Assembly: GCA_019750095.1 (NCBI GenBank)
Contig: JAIEOW010000045.1
Location: 1 to 64,000, forward strand
Origin: Phycisphaerales bacterium
GTDB lineage: Bacteria; Planctomycetota; Phycisphaerae; Phycisphaerales; UBA1924
DNA: 64,000 bases
Direction of reading: 5' to 3'
Below the pieces are notes generated by a model. It worked only from the letters and a program-made list of their open reading frames with translations. It did not search any database and had not been told where the DNA came from. The translations under genes were made by a program, and so were the position numbers. This document shows, piece by piece, positions 47,176-57,033 of this stretch (within the stretch, counting starts at the first letter, position 1; every line of letters begins with the position of its first letter).

Positions 47176-47853
47176 ATGACCATGCCCCGCCTCGGCCCCA
47201 CCTCGCCCGCCGACCATGTTGATCAGCCCGTGCATCCGCCGCTGGACCTGGCCAAGTGGATCCGCACCAACGCCAAGCATCTCAAGCCGCCGGTGAGCAA
47301 CAAGCAGTTGTTTGTGGAGAGCGACGACATGGTCGCCTTTGTCTCCGGCGGGCCCAACACGCGCAACGACTATCACTTGAACCCGACCGAAGAGCTGTTC
47401 TATCAGCTCAAGGGGACGATCGCCGTGCGGATTCGCCCGCTCGACGGCTCGCCGCCGCGGGATGTGGTCATCAAGCAGGGCGAGCTCTTCCTGCTCCCGC
47501 GGTGGGTGCCGCACCGTCCGCAGCGCCCGGCGAACACGCTCGGGCTCATCATCGAGTTTCCGCGGCCCAAGGGCCAGCTTGACGGGCTCCGCTGGTACTG
47601 CCCCAAGTGCGACCATCTCGTCCACGAGGCGCGCTGGCGGCTGAAGAAGATCGACGAAGACCTCAAGATCATCATGGAAGCGTTCTGGGGCGGGCCCGCC
47701 AAACGCCGCACGTGCACCGCCTGCGGCCACGTGATCGAACGCGCGGGCGCGATCGAGCTCAAGGGCGGCAAGGTCAAGGCCACGGCCCGCACATCCGGCA
47801 AACCGCGCGGCGGTGCCAAGCCCGCGTCAACCCGGCCGCGCTCGCGATCCTGA
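47176..47853 (+). CDS. 3-hydroxyanthranilate 3,4-dioxygenase
   Basis: Cupin core NPTEELFYQLKG...GELFLLPRWVPHRPQR; C-terminal rubredoxin-like CPKCDH...CTACGH. Confidence 0.8.
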   Translation: MTMPRLGPTSPADHVDQPVHPPLDLAKWIRTNAKHLKPPVSNKQLFVESDDMVAFVSGGPNTRNDYHLNPTEELFYQLKGTIAVRIRPLDGSPPRDVVIKQGELFLLPRWVPHRPQRPANTLGLIIEFPRPKGQLDGLRWYCPKCDHLVHEARWRLKKIDEDLKIIMEAFWGGPAKRRTCTACGHVIERAGAIELKGGKVKATARTSGKPRGGAKPASTRPRSRS

Positions 47854-47867
47854 TACCGTTGCGTGCG

Positions 47868-49058
47868 ATGCCCACCATCGACGTTCACACCCACATCCTC
47901 CCGCGTCCCTCGGCCTGGCCCGATTGGACACGCCGCTTCGGCTACGCCGGATGGATCCAGCTCGCCGAGCACCCGGCCACCGCCGGTTGCGCCCGCTGCG
48001 CCACCATGCTGCGGGTGGAGCAGGACGACCACGGACGCGCCGCCATCGATGACCGCGGCACGCCACGCACCACCAGCTTCCGCACCATCCAGGAAAACTG
48101 CTGGAATCCGCACGCTCGGCTGGACGACATGGCCGTTGCCAACGTCGACGCCCAGGTGCTGAGCACCGTCCCCGTGATGTTCGGCTATTGGGCCCGCCCC
48201 AAAGACACACTCGAGATCGCGCGCTGGCTCAACGACGATCTCGCCGAGGTCTGCCGCCAGACGCCAAGCCGCTTTGCGGGCCTCGGCACCGTGCCTTTGA
48301 ACGATGTCGATCTCGCCACGCGCGAGCTGGAACGCTGCATGGGCGAGCTCGGCTTCGCCGGCGTGCAGATCGGGACCAACGTGAACGGTCGAAACCTGGG
48401 CGACGCTGCGCTCCGCCCCTTCTTCGCTCGCGCCGCCGCGCTCGGCGCCGCCGTGTTCGTGCATCCATGGGACATGCTCGGCGCCCGCTTCGGTCAGACG
48501 GCCCGCAGCGATCCATCGATCCCCGCACCGCCCCTCGCCGAGCCGCGCTACGCCGACTTCTGGGCCGCCTGGCTCGTCGGCATGCCCGCCGAGACCTGCC
48601 TGGCCCTCAGCCACGTACTCATGAGCGGCATGCTGGATGATCTGCCCACGCTCCGCATCGGCTTCGCCCACGGCGGCGGCTCATTCCCCGGCACCATCGG
48701 CCGCATCGAGCACGGCTTCCACGCGCGCCCGGATCTCTGCCAGACCCGCACAAAGCGTCCGCCCCGGCAGTGGCTGCGCAGTGCCGACGCAACGCCCACC
48801 CGATTCTTCGTCGACGCGCTCGTGCACGATCCGCTCGCCCTCGGCACACTCATCACCCTCATCGGCGAAGACCGCATCATGCTGGGCTCGGACTATCCCT
48901 TCCCGCTCGGCGAAGATCGCCCGGGCGAACTCATCCGATCAATGCCCGGCCTCAGCCCATCCGCGCTCGATCGACTCCTCGGCGGCTCCGCGCTCGAGTT
49001 TCTCGGCGCAGCCGGGAATCGACTGCTCCACCCCGCCACACGCACGAACACACCATGA
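47868..49058 (+). CDS. 2-amino-3-carboxymuconate-6-semialdehyde decarboxylase (ACMSD, amidohydrolase_2)
   Basis: MPTIDVHTHILP metal-binding N-terminus; WPDWTRRFGYAGWIQL; FVHPWDM; GSDYPFPLGE. Confidence 0.8.
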   Translation: MPTIDVHTHILPRPSAWPDWTRRFGYAGWIQLAEHPATAGCARCATMLRVEQDDHGRAAIDDRGTPRTTSFRTIQENCWNPHARLDDMAVANVDAQVLSTVPVMFGYWARPKDTLEIARWLNDDLAEVCRQTPSRFAGLGTVPLNDVDLATRELERCMGELGFAGVQIGTNVNGRNLGDAALRPFFARAAALGAAVFVHPWDMLGARFGQTARSDPSIPAPPLAEPRYADFWAAWLVGMPAETCLALSHVLMSGMLDDLPTLRIGFAHGGGSFPGTIGRIEHGFHARPDLCQTRTKRPPRQWLRSADATPTRFFVDALVHDPLALGTLITLIGEDRIMLGSDYPFPLGEDRPGELIRSMPGLSPSALDRLLGGSALEFLGAAGNRLLHPATRTNTP

Positions 49059-49092
49059 CCCTGCCGCACATCATTCTGCCCTGGAGCCCGGC

Positions 49093-50052
49093 TTGACCCT
49101 CCTGCCCGCCATCTTCACTTCGTTGCTGATCGCGACCGCAACGCCCGACCCCGACCCGCCCGCACCGCCGACGCCCCCCGCGCAGCCCGCCGCCAACGCG
49201 AGCGAACCGATCAAGAACGACCTGCTCGATCTTGATCCTTGGGCTCGATTGGCCGCCCCCGAGATCGAGCGGCTCACCGCCCGATCCTTTACCAAGCTCC
49301 CGCCGATCCGCGTTGTCTCCGAAGACGATCTCGCCACCACGCTCGCCAAGCCGATGCGAGAGGCCATGATCCGCATGCGGGCCAACGTCAAGCGCGACGG
49401 CACGCCCATGAGCGATCTGGAGATGACCGTCCGCACGCGCAGCCAGGCCTATCGCGTCGCCGCACGAACACTTGGGCTGTATGACCACGACCAGAAGGTC
49501 ATCCTGGTCATCCCCCAGACCGCCGAAAAGCTGGGAAAGAAGCGGGCCTGGTCTCCCGAAACGATCCGTCGAATCACCCGACTTGCCCTTGCACACGAGT
49601 TGGTCCACGCACTCCAGGACCAGACCGCCGACCTCGCGGTTCGGCTGGACGCCCTCAGCGGCGAACCCGAAAAGTGCCTCATGGCGGTCAGCGAAGGGCA
49701 CGCCGTCGTGGTCACCGACGCCCTTGCCGAGACCCTCGGGTGGTCCACCGCCAACATGGTCCTCAATGGTCTCGTTACCGGCGTCGAAGAGCCCGCTCCT
49801 GGAACCACGCCCGGCACACCGCCCCCTCCGCCGATCGATCTGCACGGCTCGCCCTCGGCCAGCGTCTATCAGTCGGGTGCCGCGTTCGTGCGTCACCACG
49901 CCGGCACATCGCTCCCCAAGGCATGGTCCCTGCTCGCCTCGCCGCCGAAGGCCTGGGCCGACGTTCTGGACCCCAAGCGATTCGCCCCGCCCGCTCTGGA
50001 CCCCGCCGACCCCCAAGCCAAGCCCAATTCCGAGCCCGCAACCACACCCTGA
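49093..50052 (+). CDS. Hypothetical secreted protein with an HExxH motif
   Basis: Putative TTG start followed by a hydrophobic signal-like segment and a Pro-rich linker; LAHELVHALQD may be a zinc-peptidase motif. Confidence 0.35.
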   Translation: MTLLPAIFTSLLIATATPDPDPPAPPTPPAQPAANASEPIKNDLLDLDPWARLAAPEIERLTARSFTKLPPIRVVSEDDLATTLAKPMREAMIRMRANVKRDGTPMSDLEMTVRTRSQAYRVAARTLGLYDHDQKVILVIPQTAEKLGKKRAWSPETIRRITRLALAHELVHALQDQTADLAVRLDALSGEPEKCLMAVSEGHAVVVTDALAETLGWSTANMVLNGLVTGVEEPAPGTTPGTPPPPPIDLHGSPSASVYQSGAAFVRHHAGTSLPKAWSLLASPPKAWADVLDPKRFAPPALDPADPQAKPNSEPATTP

Positions 50053-50106
50053 CAAACCCGGCGCAGGTTTTCGAGTCGCTTTCCGGCGCAGGTCGATATC
50101 CCCCGA

Positions 50107-51768
50107 ATGTTGCGCCCCGGCCAAGCTGTTGCTCTCTGCGCTCTGGCGCTGCTCACCATCGGTGTTGTGATGGTGAACAGCGCGGGCATGAGCGTTGATC
50201 CCAAAGAACCCCTCACCATCGACGGCATTCTGCTGTCCAAATCCACCGTCTATGCCGGGCTCGCCGTGCTCGCCATGGCGATCGGCGCGTTCTTTCCGAT
50301 TCGCCGACTGCTTCCCAGCGGGCTGCGCAGCTCTCGGCTGGCCTCCGCGCCCGACGACGTCACCGCCATTGACGCCCGATTGTTCTCGCCACGCTGGTTC
50401 GCCGCGATCTTCCGCGAGTATGCCAAGCTCTGGCCGCTCTGGCTCGGCGTGCTCGGGCTGGTGACCATCCTGATTCTTGTGTATGTCCCGGGCATCGAGC
50501 GCCCGCGCAACGGCTCGCACCGCTGGATCACCCTCCACCTGCCCGGGCTTGATTCCATCCAGCCCAGCGAACTCGCCAAGTGGGGCGTGCTCGCCCTCGT
50601 TGCCTGGTACGGCGCTCGACACGCTCGCCGCATGAAGTCCTTCTGGCTCGGGCTCGCCCCAGCGCTCGCCGCCGTCGGACTTGTCGCGGGCGTGATCGTG
50701 CTGGAAGACCTCGGCACTGGCGCGCTGGTGGCGGCGGCCGCGGGCGTCATGCTCCTTGCCGCGGGGTGCCGGTTCTGGCACATGCTGGTGCTCATGCCCG
50801 TGCCGCTGGCGCTCGGCGTGCTGGCGATCGTGACCAACGAGTATCGCATGCACCGCATCGAATCATTCCTGAACCCCTACCTTGAGCCGCAGGGCAAGGG
50901 GTTCCACATGATCCAATCCATGAGCGCAGTCGCCGGGGGCCAGATCTTCGGGCGCGGCCTGGGCCACGGCTTGCAGAAGTTCGGCTACCTCCCCGAAGAC
51001 ACCACCGACTTCCTGTTCGCAATCGTCTGCGAAGAGCTGGGCGTTGCCGGCGCGGGCATCGTGCTGTTTCTCCTGGGCTCGCTCATCTGGGCCGTCTGGA
51101 TCGTCACGCGGCGTGAGACGAATCCCCTGCTAAAACTGCTTGGCGTGGGCGTGATGGCGACCATCGGGATTCAGGCCGTCATCAACCTTGCCGTGGTCAC
51201 CGGGCTCGGCCCGACCAAGGGCATCGCGCTCCCCCTGCTCTCTTCCGGCGGCACGGGGTGGATTCTGACCGCCGCCGCGCTCGGCCTGATCATCTCGATG
51301 GATCGCCACCGCAGTGACTCCGCGGTTGAAGGCGATGACGAAGCTCCTCGCACCGCGCCGAGCGTTCAGATGCTGGGCGCGATGGCCGTTTCCGCCGTGG
51401 CGACCCCGGCGTTTGCTGAACAGTCTCATGACGCCGGATCCGACCCGTCGGCGCGCACCGCAATGCCCGAGAGCATCTCGGAGGCAACGCCTGACGATGT
51501 GATTGACGCGCCCGCCGAACCCGAAGCATCCCAGTTCGCCAATGACACAATCATCGAAGAACCCGGGACGATCCCGCAGGCGGAAGAACCCGAACCTCCC
51601 GCAGCAGCCAAGCCCGTGAAGCCCACATCGCGCCGCCACAGCGATCAGACTGGCCTGCTCTTTGGCGACCTCGCTGAACCACCCGCGACCACTCCAGACG
51701 TCGTCATCACCGATTCCGCCCGCGAATGGCTCGACGAGACCGACCGGGCCGAGAAACGCGAAGACTGA
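50107..51768 (+). CDS. ftsW: SEDS-family peptidoglycan glycosyltransferase FtsW/RodA, with a long acidic low-complexity C-terminal tail
   Basis: Multi-TM protein; SEDS motifs GQIFGRGLGHG and PTKGIALPLLSSGGTGW. Confidence 0.85.
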   Translation: MLRPGQAVALCALALLTIGVVMVNSAGMSVDPKEPLTIDGILLSKSTVYAGLAVLAMAIGAFFPIRRLLPSGLRSSRLASAPDDVTAIDARLFSPRWFAAIFREYAKLWPLWLGVLGLVTILILVYVPGIERPRNGSHRWITLHLPGLDSIQPSELAKWGVLALVAWYGARHARRMKSFWLGLAPALAAVGLVAGVIVLEDLGTGALVAAAAGVMLLAAGCRFWHMLVLMPVPLALGVLAIVTNEYRMHRIESFLNPYLEPQGKGFHMIQSMSAVAGGQIFGRGLGHGLQKFGYLPEDTTDFLFAIVCEELGVAGAGIVLFLLGSLIWAVWIVTRRETNPLLKLLGVGVMATIGIQAVINLAVVTGLGPTKGIALPLLSSGGTGWILTAAALGLIISMDRHRSDSAVEGDDEAPRTAPSVQMLGAMAVSAVATPAFAEQSHDAGSDPSARTAMPESISEATPDDVIDAPAEPEASQFANDTIIEEPGTIPQAEEPEPPAAAKPVKPTSRRHSDQTGLLFGDLAEPPATTPDVVITDSAREWLDETDRAEKRED

Positions 51769-51771
51769 CGC

Positions 51772-52917
51772 ATGGCACGCACGTTTGTCTTTGCCGGCGG
51801 CGGCTCTGGGGGACACATCTATCCGGGGCTCGCCATCGCCGAGGAGATGCGACGGCTGAGCGCCGATACGCCGCCTCGCATCGTCTTCGTCTGCTCCAGC
51901 AGGCCGCTGGACGCGACGATTCTCACCACTGCAGGCGAGTCCTTCATTCCCTCCCCGGCCCAGCCGCTGTATGCCAGACCCTCGGGCCTCTGGCGCTTCG
52001 TCCTCGGCTGGCGCAAGGCCATGCGCCAGAATTGCACCACGCTTCGCGAGCTGCAAACCTCGGCACGAACCGCTCGACTGGACACCGGCGTCCACGTCGT
52101 CGCCATGGGCGGCTTCGTCGCCGCGCCGATGATTGCCGCGGCTCGAAAACTCGGGCTGCCCACCACCATGGTCAACCTGGACGCCGTACCGGGCAAGGCC
52201 AATCGCTGGCTCGGGCGTCGCGTGGATCGTGTTTTCACCGCCGCCAGAGTGCTTCCCGGCTCGGCCCGTGCCGCAAGCTGGGTTCAGGTTCCACCCATCG
52301 TCCGCGCTGGAGCCCGCACCACGCTCTCGCCCGAAGAGTGCAGGCGATCGCTCAGCATTCCCGACGGCCATCGCGTGCTCGTCGTCACGGGCGGCAGCCA
52401 GGGCTTGCGCTCGCTCAACGATTTTCTGGTCGCGTTCGCGGGTTCCCCGCGGGGAAAACAGGCCCTGAACGACCGATGGACGATCCTGCACCAGACCGGC
52501 CGAAAGTTCGAAGACGCCGTGCGCGCCGCGTACCAGTCGGCTGGTGTCCACGCCTCGGTCCACGCGTTCAGCGACGCCATGGGGCTCTGGTGGGGCGCGG
52601 CCGACGCCGCCGTCTGCACCGCCGGCGCGGGCAATGTCGCTGAGATCTGGGTCAACCGCGTCCCCGCCCTGCTGCTCCCCTTCCCTCACCACAAAGACGA
52701 GCACCAGAAGCACAACGCCGCCCCACTCACCGAATGCAGCGGCTCGATCCTCGGTGTCGATCTGATCGAGCCCGCGCAGAACATCACCCGCAACGGCCCG
52801 GCGCTGCTGGAATTGCTCACCTCCGACGAACACCGGAAGCAACTCCGCCTGAATCTGAACAAGCTCGGTCCCGCCGACGGCGCAACCCGGATCGCCCGGG
52901 CGTTATTGGACGCCTAA
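51772..52917 (+). CDS. murG: UDP-GlcNAc:undecaprenyl-PP-MurNAc-pentapeptide N-acetylglucosaminyltransferase
   Basis: FAGGGSGGHIYPGLAIAEE N-terminal motif; GT28 C-terminal domain; starts 4 bp after ftsW. Confidence 0.85.
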   Translation: MARTFVFAGGGSGGHIYPGLAIAEEMRRLSADTPPRIVFVCSSRPLDATILTTAGESFIPSPAQPLYARPSGLWRFVLGWRKAMRQNCTTLRELQTSARTARLDTGVHVVAMGGFVAAPMIAAARKLGLPTTMVNLDAVPGKANRWLGRRVDRVFTAARVLPGSARAASWVQVPPIVRAGARTTLSPEECRRSLSIPDGHRVLVVTGGSQGLRSLNDFLVAFAGSPRGKQALNDRWTILHQTGRKFEDAVRAAYQSAGVHASVHAFSDAMGLWWGAADAAVCTAGAGNVAEIWVNRVPALLLPFPHHKDEHQKHNAAPLTECSGSILGVDLIEPAQNITRNGPALLELLTSDEHRKQLRLNLNKLGPADGATRIARALLDA

Positions 52918-52996
52918 CCCAACCCACTTTGCCAACGCGCCACGATCTCACACCCCCGATGTTGGTCCGGCTTGGGAACGGGTTAGAATTGGCACA

Positions 52997-53707
52997 ATGA
53001 GCCAGCCGACCCCCGGCACCATCGCCGCTTCCAACCCGCTGACCTGCGTGATCTGGCATGCCGGCGCGGCTGAGCTTCCCGGCGAGCTGCTCACCAGTCT
53101 CTCACGCCGCATCGGTCGCATGCGTGTCTGCACCAACGCCTACGCCGCCTTCGCCGAGGTATGCAAACTTCAGCGCGCCCACCGCCTCGCCGCACCGGCG
53201 ACGACTGCCGCAACGCTGCGCGGGCCAAATGGCGTGGTCCTCGTGCTTGTGCAGCCCACCCAGCTCGCCGAGATTCCCGGCGTCATCGATGCCATCGAGC
53301 TCTACGCCCCCGGCACCGCTCTGTGGTGTTATGACCGGAGCGCGAACCCGAAGCTCCGCGGCGTCGTCTCAGGAGATGTGCAAGCATGGCGCGGCGAAAG
53401 TTCTGATCCATCCCCCGAACCGGCGCCTTCGCCCGTGCGTGTGCGAGAGATTGTACCACCAACGTTGACCATGCCGGTGATCCACACGCGCCCAGTGCCG
53501 GACGTCGCACCCCGCCCACTGCCCACATCAAGCGGGCCGCCGCAGATGCGATTGGTGGGAACCGAAGATGTCCACGAGCCAGCGCAGCATCGCCCCCCGA
53601 CAGGCGTTGGCGGACCGCTCTCGGAGGAAGAACTCCGGATGCTGCTCTCGGATGATCCGCCAGCGCCCCCCCTGCCAGGGCCGCGTGGAGGGGGTGATCG
53701 GCGATGA
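52997..53707 (+). CDS. Hypothetical protein
   Basis: 236 aa with a Pro-rich C-terminus; overlaps the start of the following GGDEF gene by 4 bp, suggesting an operon. Confidence 0.35.
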   Translation: MSQPTPGTIAASNPLTCVIWHAGAAELPGELLTSLSRRIGRMRVCTNAYAAFAEVCKLQRAHRLAAPATTAATLRGPNGVVLVLVQPTQLAEIPGVIDAIELYAPGTALWCYDRSANPKLRGVVSGDVQAWRGESSDPSPEPAPSPVRVREIVPPTLTMPVIHTRPVPDVAPRPLPTSSGPPQMRLVGTEDVHEPAQHRPPTGVGGPLSEEELRMLLSDDPPAPPLPGPRGGGDRR

Positions 53708-55035
53708 CCACCTCAAATCCATTGAGTAGTGAAAATCCGCGCTCGGATGGCGCGGGGGCTTTCGCTCCTCGTTTTGAGGCACGGGTGGTGCTGGTCGGGC
53801 GGACGGGGCTCGAGTCGGTCCTGCGTATGGATCGCGGACTTGAGCTTGCGCGGGCGCGCGGCCCGCTGGACGCAATTGCTGAACTTGCCGAGATGACCTT
53901 TCCGGATGATCTTCGCCCGGCCACGGTGATTCTGGCGGCCGATACGGTGCCGACTCAGCAGATCGCGTCGTTTGCGAATGCGTTGCGTGCGATCGAGCCG
54001 CGTGTGCGCGTGATGGGCGCTGGCACAGGTCGATCCGCCGCAGGGCTGGATGGGGTTGTTCCTGAGTCCATCTCAGCACCTGCTCTGGGTCGGCTGGTGC
54101 GGGGCATTGCCGAGCCGGTCGTCGCGAGTGCGACGGTGCCGGACCGGACTTCGGACACTTCTACGTCAAAGCCAACGGTCGCGGCGGGTCCGCTGGAAGC
54201 GATGCTCGCCGGTCAGGACGTTCTCGCGGCGGCGCTCGCTGAACTCTCGCGCGTGGTCGGTTCGCCCTGCACCTTTGCTCCAGCTCGCGTCGCGGGAACG
54301 AATCCTCAGCCGGCTGTCCCGCTGGCCGGGACCACAGTACGGCGTGGATCCCGCGTGCTTGGCACGCTCTCGGCAAAGGGCGTCTCCCCGGCGGTACTGG
54401 AAGAGCACGCGCCATGGCTCGCTGGCTGGATCGCCCTCTCGGCCCAGCAAGATCAGCTCCGGCGAGCGGCGTTTACCGATGAGTTGACGGGCGCGTGGAA
54501 TCGCCGATACTTCACGCGGTATCTGGCCGCCGCACTCGCACACGCGCGAGACGCGCGGAACAACGTCTCGCTCATGGTCTTCGACGTCGACAACTTCAAG
54601 ACGTACAACGATCGCTTCGGGCACGCGGCGGGCGATGAGATTCTTGCCGAGATGGTGAAGCTCCTGGGAAGCGTGATTCGTCCGACCGATCGCGTCTGCC
54701 GCATCGGCGGCGACGAGTTCGCCGTGATCTTCCACGACCCCGAAGGCCCGCGCAAGCCTGGGACCACGGCTCCGCTCGGGCCAAACTCGATCGCCCAGAT
54801 CGCCAGTCGTTTTCAGAAGCAGGTCTGCGAGCACCGGTTCCCCCGGCTCATGGACCAGGCCCCGGGCACGCTGACGATCTCGGCCGGGCTGGCAACCTTC
54901 CCATGGGACGGAGCGACTCCCGAGCAACTCCTCGAACGCGCCGACGCGCTGGCTCTGCAGAGCAAGCGCCAAGGCAAGAATGTCATCACCTTTGGCCCGG
55001 GGGCTATGCGCGTCTGCGACATCGATCTGGCCTGA
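53704..55035 (+). CDS. Diguanylate cyclase (GGDEF domain) with an uncharacterised N-terminal sensor region
   Basis: DELTGAWNRRYF, FDVDNFKTYND and RIGGDEFAVIF. Confidence 0.85.
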   Translation: MTTSNPLSSENPRSDGAGAFAPRFEARVVLVGRTGLESVLRMDRGLELARARGPLDAIAELAEMTFPDDLRPATVILAADTVPTQQIASFANALRAIEPRVRVMGAGTGRSAAGLDGVVPESISAPALGRLVRGIAEPVVASATVPDRTSDTSTSKPTVAAGPLEAMLAGQDVLAAALAELSRVVGSPCTFAPARVAGTNPQPAVPLAGTTVRRGSRVLGTLSAKGVSPAVLEEHAPWLAGWIALSAQQDQLRRAAFTDELTGAWNRRYFTRYLAAALAHARDARNNVSLMVFDVDNFKTYNDRFGHAAGDEILAEMVKLLGSVIRPTDRVCRIGGDEFAVIFHDPEGPRKPGTTAPLGPNSIAQIASRFQKQVCEHRFPRLMDQAPGTLTISAGLATFPWDGATPEQLLERADALALQSKRQGKNVITFGPGAMRVCDIDLA

Positions 55036-55060
55036 TCCTGTAGGATTCCCTCTCCTTCGC

Positions 55061-56065
55061 ATGGGCAACGATCCACCCCATTCCCAGCTCACGCGCGACG
55101 CCGATCGCCCGCTGGGAGCCATGCTCGAACCTCTGCTCATCGCCGCGTGTGATGGGCGTCTGAGCCAGATCAACTGGTTCACGTCCGCATGGCAGGCGGG
55201 AGGTTCGTCGACAGGTCTGGCGACGTTCACCACGCCCGATGGCCAGACCCATGACGTGATCGCCAAGCTGCCCGTCGGGCCCCTGGAACACCGCTGGACG
55301 ACCGCCGTCGGCGGCGTGCGCGAAGATGGCACGCGCGTCTGTGAATCTGTTCCGCGCGTTCTGGCCGCCGGCACAACGCTGGGCAGCTATGACCTGGCCT
55401 GGATCATTGAAGAACGCCTGGAACCTACGCCGCTGAGTGCGCACCTGGATGAGCACGCCCCACGCGAACTGCTGCACGCAGCGGTGCATTGGTACGACGC
55501 GGCGGGCAAGGCCCGGGACATCGCGTCCGCCGAACCACCGGCGCAGAAGGACTGGGAAACACTGATCGCCAAGGGCCGCGAGATCGCCCACAGTCACGGG
55601 ATCGCCGAGGAACAACGCTGGAACGGCGCGATCCGCACCGTCCAGCGCCACCTTGGCGAGCTGATCCGTCGATGGAATGATCGCCCGATCACCACCTGGT
55701 GCCATGGCGACCTGCACTTTGGCAATGCCCTCCGTCGACCCGGCGCCAAGCCGGGTGATGGCTGCGTTCTGATCGACCTTGCGCTGGTCCATCCTGGCCA
55801 TTGGGTTGAGGATGCCGTCTATCTCGAACGCCTGTACTGGGCCAAGCCCGATCTGCTCCGGGGGGTGAAGCCCGTCAGTGAGATGGCCAGAGTCATGCGA
55901 GAACGCCACATGCTCCACGGCGAGGACTACGCGATGCTCGCCAACATCCGAAGGGTGCTCATGGCCGCGAGCGTTCCGGCGTTTCTGAACCACGAAGGGC
56001 ATCCCAAGTACGTTCACGCGGCGTTGGAGATCCTGGAGAAGCTCCTGCCGCAGGTCGTGCACTGA
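55061..56065 (+). CDS. Phosphotransferase-family (APH/choline-kinase-like) protein
   Basis: WCHGDLHFGNAL catalytic motif and a following LIDLALV segment. Confidence 0.5.
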   Translation: MGNDPPHSQLTRDADRPLGAMLEPLLIAACDGRLSQINWFTSAWQAGGSSTGLATFTTPDGQTHDVIAKLPVGPLEHRWTTAVGGVREDGTRVCESVPRVLAAGTTLGSYDLAWIIEERLEPTPLSAHLDEHAPRELLHAAVHWYDAAGKARDIASAEPPAQKDWETLIAKGREIAHSHGIAEEQRWNGAIRTVQRHLGELIRRWNDRPITTWCHGDLHFGNALRRPGAKPGDGCVLIDLALVHPGHWVEDAVYLERLYWAKPDLLRGVKPVSEMARVMRERHMLHGEDYAMLANIRRVLMAASVPAFLNHEGHPKYVHAALEILEKLLPQVVH

Positions 56066-56277
56066 CCATCGCGAAGGGCTGATCTGAGATCAGATTGCCT
56101 GACTTTTCGACTCATTTTGATGCCCCCCCGGCATGACTTTAGGGGTAATCACTGACTACTGAGACTCCTTGCTGGCCGAGATCACTTCCGAGCATGATGG
56201 TGAGCTACTACACTTGCATCGGTTCAAAGAGCGGTCTGGCGGGGGTTTGGAACAGTCATTGGAAGGATGGTGGCGAC

Positions 56278-56463
56278 ATGGAGGCATTTGAACGCATTAA
56301 GAAGATCATCGCCGAGTGCGAGGAAGACCTGCGGAAGGCCGTCGGCGGGAACAAAGCCGCCCAGACGCGCGTGCGCAAGTCGATGCAGGAGATCAAGGAC
56401 GCGGCCCAGCAGGTGCGCGTGGGGATGCTCGAGGCCCGCGAGAGCGAGGTCAAGAAGGATTGA
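56278..56463 (+). CDS. Small helical hypothetical protein (61 aa)
   Basis: AAGGA-like ribosome-binding site upstream of MEAFERIKKIIAECEEDLRKAVGGNKAAQTRVRKSMQEIKDAAQQVR; first gene of an apparent three-gene operon. Confidence 0.35.
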   Translation: MEAFERIKKIIAECEEDLRKAVGGNKAAQTRVRKSMQEIKDAAQQVRVGMLEARESEVKKD

Positions 56464-56490
56464 GTTCCTCCAAAGAGACCTCGTCCAACC

Positions 56491-57033
56491 ATGACCACCG
56501 CACCCGTGGGCAAGCTTGATTCCAGCCAATCCCCGATCGCATCACCGAGCGACGGACTCTGGCCCAAGAACCTGATCTTGGACCTGTCGGCGATCGATCT
56601 GTCGGCGCGCGTCATGGGTCGGGAGGAGTTGGAGGGGTGGCTGCCGCACCGGGGCGAAATGGCGCTTCTGGACGCGATTGTCTGGAACTCACCGGATCAC
56701 AAGCAGGGCGTGGCCATCAAGAAGACTCGGGCGGATGAGTTCTGGGTACCGGGGCACTTTCCGGGTCGCCCGATGATGCCCGGTGTTCTGCAGATCGAAG
56801 CCGCGGCCCAGCTTGCGGTGTATCTGTACAACGCCAGGCGAAAGCAGCAGCTCACCGCGGCATTTACTCGTATCGACGAGTGCTCGTTCCGGAACATGGT
56901 TGTGCCGGGCGACGACGTGTATCTGCTCTGCCAGGAGATCCGGTGGACGCGACGCGGGTTTGAGTGCCACGTCCAAGGCGTGGCGAATCACAAGCTGACC
57001 TTTGACGCCCACATCCAGGGCTTGTCGGTGTGA
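56491..57033 (+). CDS. FabA/FabZ-like 3-hydroxyacyl-ACP dehydratase (hotdog fold)
   Basis: HFPGRPMMPGVLQIEAAAQ active-site region. Confidence 0.7.
   Translation: MTTAPVGKLDSSQSPIASPSDGLWPKNLILDLSAIDLSARVMGREELEGWLPHRGEMALLDAIVWNSPDHKQGVAIKKTRADEFWVPGHFPGRPMMPGVLQIEAAAQLAVYLYNARRKQQLTAAFTRIDECSFRNMVVPGDDVYLLCQEIRWTRRGFECHVQGVANHKLTFDAHIQGLSV

Noticed and set aside
48952-52842. Minus-strand ORFs of 633 aa and 570 aa opposite the HExxH/ftsW/murG genes
   Set aside because: They are antisense to genes with unambiguous SEDS and MurG motifs.
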